Origin: Scenedesmus sp. PABB004
Taxonomy: Eukaryota
Direction: 5' to 3'
Assembly: GCA_014905635.1 (NCBI GenBank)
Contig: JABVCE010000023.1
Location: 434,001-498,000 of the forward strand
Length of the DNA: 64,000 nt
Positions 13,636 to 25,900 of the stretch are shown in pieces (position 1 is the first letter of the stretch; each line of letters begins with the position of its first letter). The notes beneath the pieces were generated by a model, which was given only the letters and a program-made list of their open reading frames with translations, searched no databases and was not told where the DNA came from. A program made the translations under genes and the position numbers.

Positions 13636-14593
13636 CGGCGTGGCGGCGCGCGCGGTGCCGCAGGCGCACGTGCGCGCGACCGTACGCGCGACCGTGCACG
13701 CCGCGGGCGAGCCCGCGAGCGGGGGCGCCGCGGCGGCGTGCCACCTGCGCCCCGGTGCGGGCGCGCGCGGCAGCCTGGAGCTGGCGGCGGCGGGCGCGCG
13801 CGCCGCGCGGCTGGGCGTCGCGGGCAGCATCCGCAGCGCGTTCCGCAAGCACCACAGCCTGAGCGACCCGGAGAGCAGCGACAGCGACGGCGAGCGCTGC
13901 TGCGCGTGCGCGGCCGCGAGCGGCAGCCCCGTGCACGGCGCGCGCCGGCTGAGCGTCGGCAGCGACGCGAGCAGCCTGGCCGAGAGCAGCGCGGGGAGCT
14001 GCGGCAGCTGCGGCAGCCACGCGCCGCTCGCGGCGGCGGCGGCGGGTGCGGCGCGCGCGCCCAAGGCTGCGCCGCCGTCCGCCAGGGGCGGCGCCGGCGG
14101 CGGGCGCTGGGCGGTCGACCCCGCCACGGGCGTGCGCAAGACGGGCGTGAGCGTGGGTCTGATGGTCGGTGGCATCGCCGAGATGTTCATGCTGCGCCCC
14201 GACCACGAGCGCATCAAGCTGCGCGACCGCAAGGGCTTTGTGCGCGTCGCGCTGGAGCACGGCGTGCCCATCCTGCCGGTCTACATGTTTGGCGCGAGCC
14301 AGGTCCTCGACTTTGGCCCGCCCTGGCTCGCGCGGCTGAGCCGCCGCATGCGCGCGAGCGTGGGCATGATCTACGGCGCCTGGGGCCTGCCCGTGCCGCG
14401 GCGGCGGCCCATCTTCATGGTCACCGGCCGCCCCCTGGCCACGGGGCCGGCGCTGCGCAAGGACGCGCCCGGGTTTGACGCGCGCGTCGACGAGCTGCAC
14501 GCCGCCTTTTGCGCCGAGATGACGCGCATCTACTACGACCACCGCGGCAAGTACGGCCACGGCTACGAGGACCGCCCCCTCGTCATCGCGTGA
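12760..14593 (+). CDS. DGAT2: Diacylglycerol acyltransferase type 2 (DGTT-like)
   Basis: Exon 1 12760 (or 12802) to 12863, exon 2 13012-14593. Motifs WRRYF, FPHG (HPHG variant), GGIAEMF, RKGFVRVALEHGVPILPVYMFG and GLPVPRRRPIFMVTGRP. Confidence 0.92.
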
Positions 14594-15212
14594 CGCGCGG
14601 ACGAGGCGAGGGGCAGCGCGCGCGGCGGCGCGCGGCGCGCGCACGGAGCGCAGCGCGCGCGCTGCCCGCGGCGGCGGAGGCGCGGCGCGGCGGCGCGGCC
14701 TGCGGGCGGGGCGGGGTGAGAGTGCGAGGCGGCGCGAACCCAGGGCGGCCGCTGGGGGCTTTGACCGCCGACGCGCGCGCGTGGCCGCCGGCCACGCGCG
14801 CGGCCGGCTGCTGCGACACGGGACGGCCACCCGGCCCGGCACATTGTCTGTATCATCAGTGCGCCGCACTGCGCGCTGTGGCGCGTGATCCGCCCCGCTC
14901 CCCGCGCTGCGACGCGCGGCTGCCGGCGGGGGGGGGGGGGGTTGACGGCGCTGCGCAAGCGCCCAACGGGGAGTGTTGGGGGACTGTGCGCTCGCACTCA
15001 GCCGCAACAGACGCCAGGAGTGGAGGGGGCGGGGGACGTGACGCGACGTGGCGTCCGGGAAACGAGCACTCCCGTGCAGGGCCGCTGCAGGCACGGGCCG
15101 TGGCAGTTACTCGGGCGGCGCGCGCGCGCGCGGCGCCGGCCGCCGCTGCTGCTCAGTCCGCGCGCGCGCGCCTCCGCCCGTCACGTCCGCGACCAGCCCC
15201 TGCTCGGCGCAC

Positions 15213-15912
15213 TCACGCGGTGCTCTCGGCCTTGGACGCCTGGGTGCCTGCGCGGCGCGAGCGGCGGCGGCGGGCGGGTCGGCGCCGCGCAGCCGCGCCG
15301 CGGGCACGGCCCCCGCCTGCCGGCAGCAGCTGCTGTCGCTGCCCACCGCTGCCGCCCGCCGCTGGCTGCCCGCCGGTGCCGCCTGCCGCTGCATGCACAC
15401 CGCGCCATCCGCTGCCCCGGTTGCAGCGACGCCTGGCTGCACAGCTGCCGCTGCTCCAGCAGCAGGTCACGCCGCGGCCGCGCGGGCCGCCGGCAGCGTC
15501 GCCCCGCGCGGCTGCTCACCCTCCCTGAAGCCGTTCTTGAAGCGGCGGGGCAGGTCCTTGAGGTGCCTCATGCGGCCGGTGCCCGTGGTCTTGCGGCGGA
15601 TGGCCTTCTGGCCCCACTGGAAGCTCCTGAGGCGCGCCGCGGGGTAGCCGCAGCTCGCGCAGGTGCTCTTCTGGATGTGGTAGGACCGGCGCCCGCAGCG
15701 ACGGCACAGCGTGTGCGTCTTGTTGCGGCGCTTACCTGCGGCCCGCGACCGCGGCGCGCGGGCGCGGCGGGGGCGGGCGGCGGGTGATTGGGCGCCGATG
15801 GCCGGGCGGCGCGGCGCCCCGGGCCCGGGCGCCCGATCTGCCGGCCAGGCCGCGCGAGGGGCGTGCGCTGGGGCTCACCGAAGCTTCCGGTACCCTTTCC
15901 CTTCTTGCCCAT
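15213..15912 (-). CDS. RPL37: 60S ribosomal protein L37 (eL37)
   Basis: Exons 15912-15879, 15735-15520 and 15247-15213 splice to [94 protein letters not shown]. Confidence 0.97.
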
Positions 15913-16587
15913 GGTGCTGTCTGTGCGGGGCGGCGCCGAGACCGGCTGGCGAGGTCCTGCGGCGCGTCCGGGCGGCCCGGGGCGTCGTCTCAGGCCAGCC
16001 GCCGGCCGCGCCGGGCGGGCAGGCGCCCCAGCGCCCCTGCGCGCCCGGCTGCTGCCCCGCCCGCCGCGGCGCGCCGCTGCGCCCGCGCCGCACCCCGCTG
16101 GCTCGCTGACCTGCGCCTGAGAGAGGGCGGTCCAGGCGGGGCCCCCGGGCCTTGGGACGCAGCCCGCGCGAGCGCGCCATGGGCCGCGGTTCAGCGGCGG
16201 GCGCATTATCGAGGGAGGCCGCGGCCGCCCCTCGCGCCATCCCGGGCCGCCGATCACGTCGCGGGCGGCCCTGCGCGCGCGGCGCCGCGGCCCCAGCGGC
16301 AGCGGGCGGCGCGGGGCGGGCGGCGCGGCGCGGCGCGGGAGGCGGCGGCCGGCGGCGGAGCCTGCTGGGCAGCGGGGGGCGCGGCAGCCAACTGTCACCA
16401 GCTCGCCAACTCGCTGCTGCGCCCCACCGGCCGCCCGCTCGCCGCGGCGCGGCGCCGCCCGCCACCACGGCCAGCGCCGGCGCCGCCGGCGCTCAGGCCG
16501 GAAGCGCGCCGGCAACTGCTGCTCCTCCGGCGCGCTGGCCAGCTGCTGTGCCGCCACGCCGCGACCTGCTGCGGCCGCCCGCTGCGC

Positions 16588-18582
16588 TCAACCCATCACC
16601 GCGGAGCGCCGCTTGCTGTACCACGCCTGCAGCTGTCGCCACACGTCTGGCGGCGCGCCGGCGGGCGCCTGCGGCGCGCGGGCGGCGGCGGCGGCCAGGT
16701 GGGCGGCGCTCCTGCGCGAGGGCACAAGCTTGAGGCAGTGGCGCACGGCTCCCGCCGTGCAGCACGCGCAGCCGCGCGGCCAGCGGCCCCCCGCCCCGGC
16801 GCCCGCGTCACACACCTAAACCCACCTGGCTTTCCAACCAGACGCCCCATCCATCATCGTTCAGCCACACCTGCAGAGACGACAGCCCCGTGAGCGCTGT
16901 CAGGCGACCCATCGCGCTCGCGGGGGTCAGGTCGGCGCAGTTGCGCAGCACGAGCTCGCGCAGGCCCGTCAGGCGGGCGAGCACGTGCTTCGCCTGGGCG
17001 TCGTCAATGTGCACGTAGGCATGCTGGCCGTCAAAGCTCGCATCCAGCAGCTTCAGGCGCGTCAGGCGAGTCAGCGCCAGCAGCCCGCGCAGGTGCACCG
17101 GCGGCGGCGCGTCCACCTCTCCAAAGCCGCCGTACCCCACCGCCAGCTCGCGCAGCGCCGGGCAGGCCGCCGTCAGGCCGTCCACGTCGGCCTGCGCCGC
17201 CGCCCGCACGCGGGCGCCCTCGTCCTCGTCCCCTTCGTCAAACTCTGCAGCAAAGCGAATGGCCAGCTGCTCGAGGCGCGGAAACGTGCAGCCAGCCGGG
17301 AAGAGGTGCGCGCCCGCGCCGCAGCGCACAGGGTCCCCGATCTCTAACCTCGTCAGCCGGCCGCTCAGCGCGGCCAGCGGCGCCCACGCGGCCGCAGGCA
17401 GCAGCTGCTCGTCGTCCAAGCCCGTGATGGTCAGCTGCTCAAGCTGCGTGCGCGCGCCCACCGCCGCCAGCAGCGCGCCGCCCTGGGCGCCAAGGCCACA
17501 CTCCAGGTGGCGCAGGCCCGTGCACGCCGCCAGCGTCGCCGGCGCCAGCTGCAGCGAATACGCCAGCTCCAGCCGCGTGAGGCCGGTCGGCAGCTGCGGC
17601 ACGGAGCCAGCCCCCGCCAGCCGCAGCTCCGCCAGCGCAGTGAGAGCGCTCACGGTCGCCAGCGCCACGCCTGCCGCGCTGCCTCGGCCCAGGTTCAGGC
17701 GCGCGGGCTGCGTCAGGGCACCGAGCGCCACGCCCAGGGCTGCCGTCTGCTCGCTGGCTGCGCCGTAAGTCAGCTCCAGCTCCAGCCGCCGCAGGCGCGT
17801 CAGCGCGCCCAGCGACTCCACCACCGGCAGCGGCAGCCCGCACCGCTCCAGCTCCAGGCTGGTCAGCCGGCCCGCCAGCGGCGCCAGCGTGACACCGCTC
17901 GGCGTCACCAGGCCCACGCCCTGCAGGCGCAGCGCCTCCAGCCGCACCAGCGCCTTGCAGGGCAGGGCGAGCGTGGCGCGCACCAGCGCCTCCACCTCCA
18001 GCAGCGCCACCTGCCTGCCGCGGGCGCCCAGCCACGCTGCCAGGCCGTCGGCGCGGGGCTGCGTCGCCTCCTTCACAACGATGCTGGTCGTGGCAGCCGT
18101 GGCTGCGTCGCGCCAGTCGCTGCACGCCAGCGCGGCGCGCAGGCGGCCGGCGCGCGGCAGCCGCGCCAGCACGCCCGCCAGCAGCTCGCGCGGCAGGCCG
18201 CCCTGCTCGCCGTTGCTGTCGTCCGTCTACGCGTAGGCGCAAACGGCACAGCGCGCGCGGCGGCGTGTGGGGCCGGGCGCGCTGCGGCCTCGGGCGGGGC
18301 GGGTGCAGCGAGCAGAGCAGCGCACGCGCCGCCGCCGCTGCCGGGCGCGCGCCGCTCGCCGCGCGGGCCACGGCGGGCCGCGGAAGCACCAGGGCGGGCT
18401 CCCGGGACCGCGCCGGCCGCGGATCACGCGCGCCTGGCCCGGTCCCGCCCCGCTGCGGTGCGCCAGCGCCCGCCCGCTGCTCTTGCGCGCCGAGCGCCCG
18501 CCCCCGGCTGCCCAGGCCGCCCGCTCACCAGCGGCGCGCGGGTCCGGTCGGGCGGCGCCGGGGCGGTGGTGGGGCTCGCCAT
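16588..18582 (-). CDS. F-box/leucine-rich-repeat protein, paralogue 2 (inverted relative to paralogue 1)
   Basis: Exons about 18582-18529, 18226-16826 and 16668-16588. Near-identical to 1408-3407 over the N-terminal half, with similar introns and upstream flank. Confidence 0.8.
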
Positions 18583-19101
18583 CACGCAGGCTGGCGGCGG
18601 CGGCGGAGGGCGGCGGGGTGGAGGGCGGCGGCGGCGCGCAGCGGGTCCGCTCGCTCGCGTTGCGCGGGGGGCATGCGGCCGGCGCTGCCTGGGCCGTGGG
18701 TGTGAGAGCCTTGGCCCTGCGGGGCTGAGGGGCGCCCGGGCGCGCACGCACGTGCGCCAAACCGCCGGGCCGTCGGCGCTGGGCCCTGCACCGCCGCCGC
18801 CGCGGGCGACTCGGCACTGCGCGGCGCGCCGCGCGGCCGCGAGCCGCCCCGCCCGCCCGCTGAGTCCGCCACGGCGGTGAGGCCCACGACCGGCCGGTGG
18901 CCGCCGGAATCCGCGAAACGCCCGTTGGCGTCTGCGCGCATCGCCGGTCCGCGCGGCCCGCCAGGCTGCCCGTGCGCCGGCCTGAAGCAAGGACACGCCT
19001 CCACGCAACGACCCGGCCCCGAGACCAGCCGCGCCGCGCGGAGGCGGGGCGGAGCTGCGGCGCGCCGCCGAGCGCCGCAGCAGCGGTTGCCCGCCGGCGC
19101 G

Positions 19102-20286
19102 ATGGGCATCCCCACGACCGTGGCGACCATCGGCAAGGGCGTGGACGTGCGGCCGTCGAGCATTCAAGGTGCGTCGGCCGCCGCCGGCGCTGGCGCCGAG
19201 AGCCGGCGCTGCGGCCCGCTCGTCCGCTGCTCACCGCGGGCGGCGCGCGGCGGCACGTGCGCGCGCGCGGCGGCAGGCGGCGGGCTGGGGCTGTGGACGC
19301 TGCGCCCCTTTGCGCGGCACGAGCTCATCACCGAGTACGTGGGCGCGCTCATCGACCACGCGCGCGCCAAGCGCCTGCGCGCGCGCGGCGCCGCGTCGCA
19401 CGTGCGCGTGCTGGCCAGCCAGTTCCTCTACATCGACGGCCTCAAGACCCCAGCCCACGGCGCGGGCGGCGCCTCGTTCGCCAACGACGCGCGACACCCG
19501 GCGGCCAACAACGCGGCCTTCGCCTCGCGGTGCGCCGCCGCCCGCGGCGCCGGCGGCGGCGGCGCGGCGCCCCGCCGCGACCGCTCTCTCGCGCACGTGC
19601 GCGGGCGCGCGCGCTCAACGCCCCGCGCCGCCCGCCCCGCCGCGCGCCGCCGCGCCGCGCGTGGGCGCAGGTACGACACGCGCCGCGCGTGCGTGCGCGT
19701 GTTCCTCAAGGCCACGCGCCCCCTGCGTGCGGGGGAGGAGGTGTTTGTCAGCTACGGCGCCGGCTACTGGCAGCACAGCCCCGTGGTGCAGCGCGGCGCG
19801 CGCCGGCAGGCGCAGGCGGCGGAGGGGGCGGAGGCGGCGGAGGCGGCGGGCGGCGAGGAGTCTGAGGTCGAGGCGTGGCCGCCCGCAGAGGCCGACGCCC
19901 CGACCCAGGGCAGCCAGACCGGCGCGCCGGGCGGGCAGGGCGACGGCGCGCCGCCGCCGGCCACGCGGCACAAGCGGCGGCGGCAGGAGCAGCAGGAGCG
20001 GGAGGCGGCGGAGCGGGAGCCGCAGCGGCGGCGCAAGGGGCGGCGGCAGGCGCAGCAGCAGGAGCAGCAGCAGCAGGAGCAGCAGGAGCAGGAGCACGAG
20101 GGGCAGCGCAAGGCCAAGAAGAGGCGCGCCCGGGAGCCCGAGGCGGCGCCGGCGCCGGGCGTGCGGTTCCACGCGGGCGTCGTGGAGCGCTTTGCCAGCA
20201 AGCTGCGGCCGTTCCTGCCGCAGCGCCTCCAGCGATTGAGTGCGCAGGAAATTGCGGACGCGATCCCTGGCGTGACGGTGACGTAA
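19102..20286 (+). CDS. Small SET-domain protein-lysine methyltransferase with a basic/acidic tail
   Basis: VDVRPSSIQG-GGLGLW...FARHELITEYVG...FANDA...NNA...KATRPLRAGEEVFVSYGAGYW. Two introns (about 19169-19276 and 19530-19670). NLS-like KRRR and KKRR; TAA at 20284-20286. Confidence 0.85.
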   Translation: MGIPTTVATIGKGVDVRPSSIQGASAAAGAGAESRRCGPLVRCSPRAARGGTCARAAAGGGLGLWTLRPFARHELITEYVGALIDHARAKRLRARGAASHVRVLASQFLYIDGLKTPAHGAGGASFANDARHPAANNAAFASRCAAARGAGGGGAAPRRDRSLAHVRGRARSTPRAARPAARRRAARGRRYDTRRACVRVFLKATRPLRAGEEVFVSYGAGYWQHSPVVQRGARRQAQAAEGAEAAEAAGGEESEVEAWPPAEADAPTQGSQTGAPGGQGDGAPPPATRHKRRRQEQQEREAAEREPQRRRKGRRQAQQQEQQQQEQQEQEHEGQRKAKKRRAREPEAAPAPGVRFHAGVVERFASKLRPFLPQRLQRLSAQEIADAIPGVTVT

Positions 20287-20549
20287 CGCGCTGGCCGCGT
20301 GCCTCCCGCTTGCCGGGACTGCGCCGCCGGCCAGGGCTCAAGGGCGTCAGTGGTGTGAAAGCCAGCTGCGCGCCGCTTCGCCCGCCGCGCCCGCCCCCTC
20401 GCACACCGGGCCGCGGGGCAGCCACAGCGCGCGCGGCGCCGCGCGGCCCGAACTGTGCCAGCGGCGGCGGCAGCGGCGGCGGCGGCATTCTCGGCGTGCC
20501 CGCGCTCTGCGCCGGCCACCTGCCGCGCCGGCTGCTCGGATACGAAGCC

Positions 20550-21185
20550 ATGACCACCTGCGCGCTCACGTGGGCGGGCTGCTGGGGCGCGGACGACCCG
20601 CAGCAGCGCGAGCTCCGGCAGCAGCAGCCACCGCAGCCGCAGACGCAGCGCCGGCGGCGGCGGGGCGTGCGCGTGAAGAAGGCGCCCTACAGCTACACGG
20701 CGCGCGCGACGGAGCTCACGCACCGGCTGCTGGCAATCGTGGAGACGCAACGGCGCCTGGTCCACGAGAACGCCAAGCTGCGCGGCAGGTGGGCGGTAGC
20801 TGCAGCGGCGCGCCGGGCGCGGCCACGCGCCTGCAGGCAGGGGGGGCGGCGCGTCAACCCCCGGGCCGCCGTTGCCGCCGCGCCCCCGCCGGCGCAGGGA
20901 GGCGCTGCTGTTCACAAGCGTTGCAGGTGGAGCGGCGGCCCCGCCACGACCGCGCGGCGCCGGGGCTGGCGGCCGGCGCGCGCGCACGCGGCGCCGCCTG
21001 CCTTGGCGCCGCGCGCTCACGCGCCGCCGCCGCCTCGCGCGCCGCCGCGGCCGCGCCCCGCAGAGCAGGCAGACTTCCTGCACGACATCGCCGCGCTGGC
21101 GCGGCCGGGCGGCGCGGAGGAGGCGCGGCTGGCCGAGGTGCTCATCGCTGACGTGACCATCCACGACGCGCTCGCCGCGGTCACC

Positions 21186-21220
<35 letters not shown>

Positions 21221-22447
21221 CCCGCCCGGCACGCCGCCCGCCGGCGGCGCCGCGGGCGGCTGCAGCCCGGGCGGCGGCGCCGCCGGCGGGCGCGGCGAGC
21301 TCTACACCACGGCGCGGCTGCGCGCGGCGCTGACGCCCGAGGGCGTCGCGTGGGCGTCGCGCGCGAGCCTGGCCGACTTTCTGGGCCGCTACCGGGGCCA
21401 CGTGGCCGCCGCGCGGGACCTGCTGCACCCGGCCGGCGCGGGTCCCGGGTCGGGCGCCGGGGACGTGTGCGGCGTCGTGGACAGCTGCGTGTCGCTGCAC
21501 ATGTTGCTCTACGCCCTCGACGCACAGGCGGTGCTGCAGCTCTCACTCGTGCGCGCCCGCCGGCGCCGCCGCGCGCTGGCGCCGCCGCCGTCGCGCGCGC
21601 TGACGCCGCCGCCGCCGGCGCCGCCCGGCAGGTCAACATCGACACCATGGCGCCGGCGCCGCCGCCAGACGGGCACTTCAGGCGCGCGGCCGACGCGGTG
21701 CCGCTGAGGCCGGAGCAGCAGCACACGCTGCGCACGGGCTTCCAGGTGGGGCGCGCGCGCGCGCGCGCGCGCCGCGCCGCGCCGCCCGCGCGGGCCGCCG
21801 CCGGCCCACCGCGCTGCGCCGCGCCGCTGTGCGCAGCTTTACTCCAGCCGGCGGGCGGCCATCATCGCGCAGCTGCAGCCCCTCGCGCGGGAGCTGCAGG
21901 AGCTCGTGGCGCCCGGCAGCCCGCCGCCCTGCAGCCCCAGCGCGAGCGCCTCGCTCGCGGCCGCCGCGTGCGCCGGCGCCGCCGCCAGCCCGTCGCCCGC
22001 GAGCGCGAGCGCCAGCGCCGGCACGCCGCCCGCCGGCGCGGCCAAGCCGTGGCAGCAGTTTGGGCTGCCACGCGCGGGGCTGGGCCCGGACGGGCTCGAC
22101 GCGGTGTCGCGCCTGCTGAGCAAGTGGGAGCGCCTCATGCGGCGCATGCGCCTGCTCGGCCGCTCCTTTGTCTGGTGAGCGCCGCGCGCGCGGCCGCCGC
22201 CGCCGGGGCCGCGCGCCAGCGGGCCCCTGCGCGCCCCGCCTGCTCGCCCGGGCGCCGCCGCCCGACCCCGGGCGCCGCCGCCCGACCCCGGGTGCCGCCG
22301 CCAACCTCGGACGCCGGCGGCCGTGCACGCAGGCTGTGGCTCAACGTGCTGGACAGGCCCCAGATCGCGGCGTCCGCGGTCGCGTGCTACCCCTACTACG
22401 TGCAGCCCCTGCAGCTCTGCGCCCACCTCGGCGCCCCGGGGCCCTGA
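20550..22447 (+). CDS. Hypothetical protein with an N-terminal basic region and coiled coil (bZIP-like), multi-exon
   Basis: RRRRRGVRVKKAP...LLAIVETQRRLVHENAKLRGR; spliceable exons continue to LWLNVLDRPQIAASAVACYPYYVQPLQLC and TGA at 22445-22447. Confidence 0.55.
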
Positions 22448-22969
22448 GGCGGTGGCTGCCAAGCATGGAGCGCCTGTGTCTTGTCGGGGGCGCTGTTGAG
22501 GGCTTTCGGCTGGTTGGTCCGGTGCAAACGCTTTGCGTCAGCGTTGACGCAACGCGCGGTGCGTGCTGCGCTCGGCGTTCCGTTTTTTGACATTCATTCG
22601 GCGCCCCGTTTTGACTCGGCGGCAAGCGCCCCTGAACTGCTCAGCGCGCCTGTGCGCGCTCCTGCCCGGCTGGGGGGCGGCCTCGGCAGCGCCGGCGCTG
22701 GTGCACTTGCATTGTGAGCGGCACTGCACGGCTGTTGATCAGCAGCAGGCTCAGCAGCAGGAGCACCGAACAGCCTCCCTTTTGGTCGGTGGCGGTCGTG
22801 TTTTGCCGCTGCGGTGCACGGGCGCGCGCGCGAGAGTCGGCCTCAAGCACTGCATTCCGTCTGTGACTCACAGAACTCCCGCCCGACACGTGCCGCGTGC
22901 CGCCGAGGCCCCCCCTCGCACCCTCGGCCCCCCCTCAGCACGCCGCCGCCGCGCCCGGCCCGCGCCCCG

Positions 22970-25900
22970 TCAGCGCAGCAGCGGGTGGCGCTGCTGGCCC
23001 TCCGCCGCGCGCGCCGCCGCCGCCTCCTCGGGCGTGACCTTCTTCCGAGCAAACGGGTTGGGCGCGGGCCGCGGCGCCGTCAGCGCCGCCGCGAGCGACG
23101 CGGCGTCGGGCTTGCGCTTTGCGCCCGCCGCCGGCGCGCCGCGCGCCGCCAGGTGCGCGGGCGCGCCGCCGCGGTGCGCCTCGCCGCTGCCCTCCGCGGC
23201 GGCGGGCGCCTGGGGCGGGCGGGGGTGGGGCATGGAGACCTCCACGTCGCCGCCGCCCCCCCGCCCGCGCGCCCCTGGTCGGGCGGCCGCGCGCCGTCGG
23301 CGCCGCCGCCCGGCGCCGCAGCGCTGTCGGCGGGCTCCGCCTCCCACGCGCCGTGCGCCGCTGCGGCGGCCTCGCGCGCCGCGGCGGCCGCGGCGGCCGC
23401 CTCGGCCTCGAGCGCGAGGCGGGCTGACAGGTAGTCGCTCACACGCCCGGCCAGCCCGACCAGGCGGTGGTGGTTGGCCAGCTTCAGCACGCCTGCGCAG
23501 CGCGCCCCGGCGTCCGCGGCGCGCGGGGTGAGCGGGGTGAGCGGGGTGGGCGGCGGCGGCCGCGGCAGCCGGCCGGCCCGCCGCGGCGCGCGCGGGCAAA
23601 GCCCCCCCCCCTGCCCCCTCCCCCCCGCGCGGGTCCCGCGGCAGCGGCCCGCGCGCACCCTCCACGCTCTTGGTGAGGTGCAGGCCGCCGACGAGCTCCA
23701 GCGCGCGCGCGGGGCGCCCCGCCTTGGCGTAGGCGTTGAACAGCGTCACCGCCGCGCTGTCCTCGGCCACCTCGGCGCGCCGCACCTCCTCGCCCCACGC
23801 CTCGCGCCCGCCCGGCGCGGCGTCGGCCGCGGCGCGCAGCGCGTCGCCGCGCCGCACCGCGTCGGCGTGGCGCGCCTCGAGCTCGGCCGCCGCCGCCGCG
23901 CCGTCGGCGGGCGCGGCGGGCGGCCGCAGCGGCACGTCGGCGTGCAGCGGCGCGCCGTTTGGCAGCGGGAAGGGCGCGCGCGCGCTGCCCGCGACCGCGA
24001 CGAGGCGGGCGGCGTCGAGGAAGACGGGCCACAGGTCCTCTGCGCCCGCGCCCGCCCGTGCGCCCGCGCGGTCCAGGACCTGCACCCACGCGCCGCCCCA
24101 CGCGGGGCTGCGCACGCGCAGCACGCCGGCGCTGTCGAGCGCGCCCAGCAGCCCCTCCGCGCTGAAGCCGAGCCACGCCAGCGACGCGCCGCGCGACAGC
24201 ACGACGCGCCCGCCGTGCAGCGCGTCGCACGCCTGCACGTCGTACACCTGCGCGGCGCGTGTGTGTGTGTGTGTGGGGGGGGTGGGGGTGGGGGGAGGGG
24301 TCAGCGGGAGGGGGGTCAAAGGAGGGGTCAAGGCGGGGGGGGGGGGGTCCGAGGGCGTCGGCGGCAGGGTCAGCGGCGCCGGCGGGCCCCACCGACCGGC
24401 CCCCCCCCCCCCCGGTGGCCGCTGCTGAGCCGGCGGCGCACCGTGTAGGCGAGCTGTTGTGTGCCGCACGGCTGCGGCGGGCCCTCCGCCCACGCCACGG
24501 CGAGCAGGTTGGCCGTCGCCGCCGCCAGCAGGCCGGGCGCCTCGTGCTCGTGCTCGGGGTCTGCGGCCAGCGCCCCGCCGCGGCGCGCGCAGGCTCGGCG
24601 CGAGCGCAGCAGCGAGGCCGCGGCGGCCGCCCGCCGCGCGCGCGTGCCCCCGCGTGCCCGTGCCCACAGGCACACAGGCACGCACCCGGCATGACCGCGG
24701 CAATGACCGGCCCCGGCAGCGACAGCACCGCCAGCTGCCGCCCCGCCAGGCTGTACAGGCGCAGCAGCTGCGCCGTCGTGCCGACCGCCACGCACGACGC
24801 GCCTGCGCGGTGCGCGCGGTGTGCGGTAGGTCGGCGCGGTGTGCGGCAGGTCGGCGCGGAGCGCGGGCGGGCGGCGGAGCGCGGGCGGGCGGCGCGCGCG
24901 GCCCGGCGGCGCGCGCGGCCCGGCGGCGCGCGCGGCCCGGCGGCGCGGGCGGCCCGGCGGCGCGCGCGGCCCGGCGGCGCGGGCGGCCCGGCGGCGCGCG
25001 CGGCCCGGCGACGCGGGCGGCCCGGCGGCGCGCGCGGCCCGGCGGCGCGGGCGGCCCGGCGGCGCTGCCTCACCCCACCTCCCCCTCCCTCCCTCCCTGG
25101 CTCACCCGCGGCCACCACAATCGCGTCCTCGCCGTCCGGCATCGCCGCCGCCCAGTCGCTGCCGTCCGCCCACGAGTCAAACGAGCGGAACACCTGAGGG
25201 TGTGGGTGGGTGTGTGGGTGTGGGTGAGGGGGGGGGGGGGCCTGGTCGGCACCGTCGGCGCGGGCGGCGCGCCGGCGCCGCCAGCTGGCCGGGGGTCGGC
25301 CCCTCTCCCCGCACCAGCATGGACCCCGTCTCCGCGCCGTCGCCGGGGCTGACGTACGCCGCGCCGCGCGGGCCCAGCGCCGCCGCGGTCGCGCCGTAGT
25401 GGTCGGCGTACGGCGGCACGCGCCCCGGCCAGCGGCTGGGCACGCGGAACCGCACCTGCGCCGCGGCAGGCGCGCGCGCGCGCGGGCGCTGAGCGGCGCG
25501 CTGGAGCGGCGCGCGGCGCGGGGCGCGGCGCGGCGGGGCGCGCGGCGCGGCGTGTGCCAGCGCGTGCCGCGCCTCGCAGGTGTGGTGGTCCAGGTCGTCG
25601 AGCCGCGTCTGCACGATCGCGCCCGCGCGGTTGTACGCCAGGAAGCGGGCCCCGTGCGCGGCGGCCGCAAACGGCGTGCGCCCGGGCGCGATGGCGCCCT
25701 GCACCGCCGGCGCGGGCGGCGCCGGCGCCGGCGCGGCAGCGGCGGCGGCGGGCGCGGCCGCGGCCGCGGGCGCCTTGCCGCCCGCGGCGCGGCCCGCGGC
25801 GTCGAGTCGGTCCGCGAGGCGCGCGGGGCGGGCGGCGGGGCTGTCGCCCGCGGACGCGCTGCCGCCTGCGCGCGCCGCGGCGGCCGCGGGGGCGGGGCTG

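Noticed and set aside
24901..25063. Regular short repeats as a possible CRISPR array
   Set aside because: Head-to-tail units with no unique spacers, inside a eukaryotic intron, and no cas genes.
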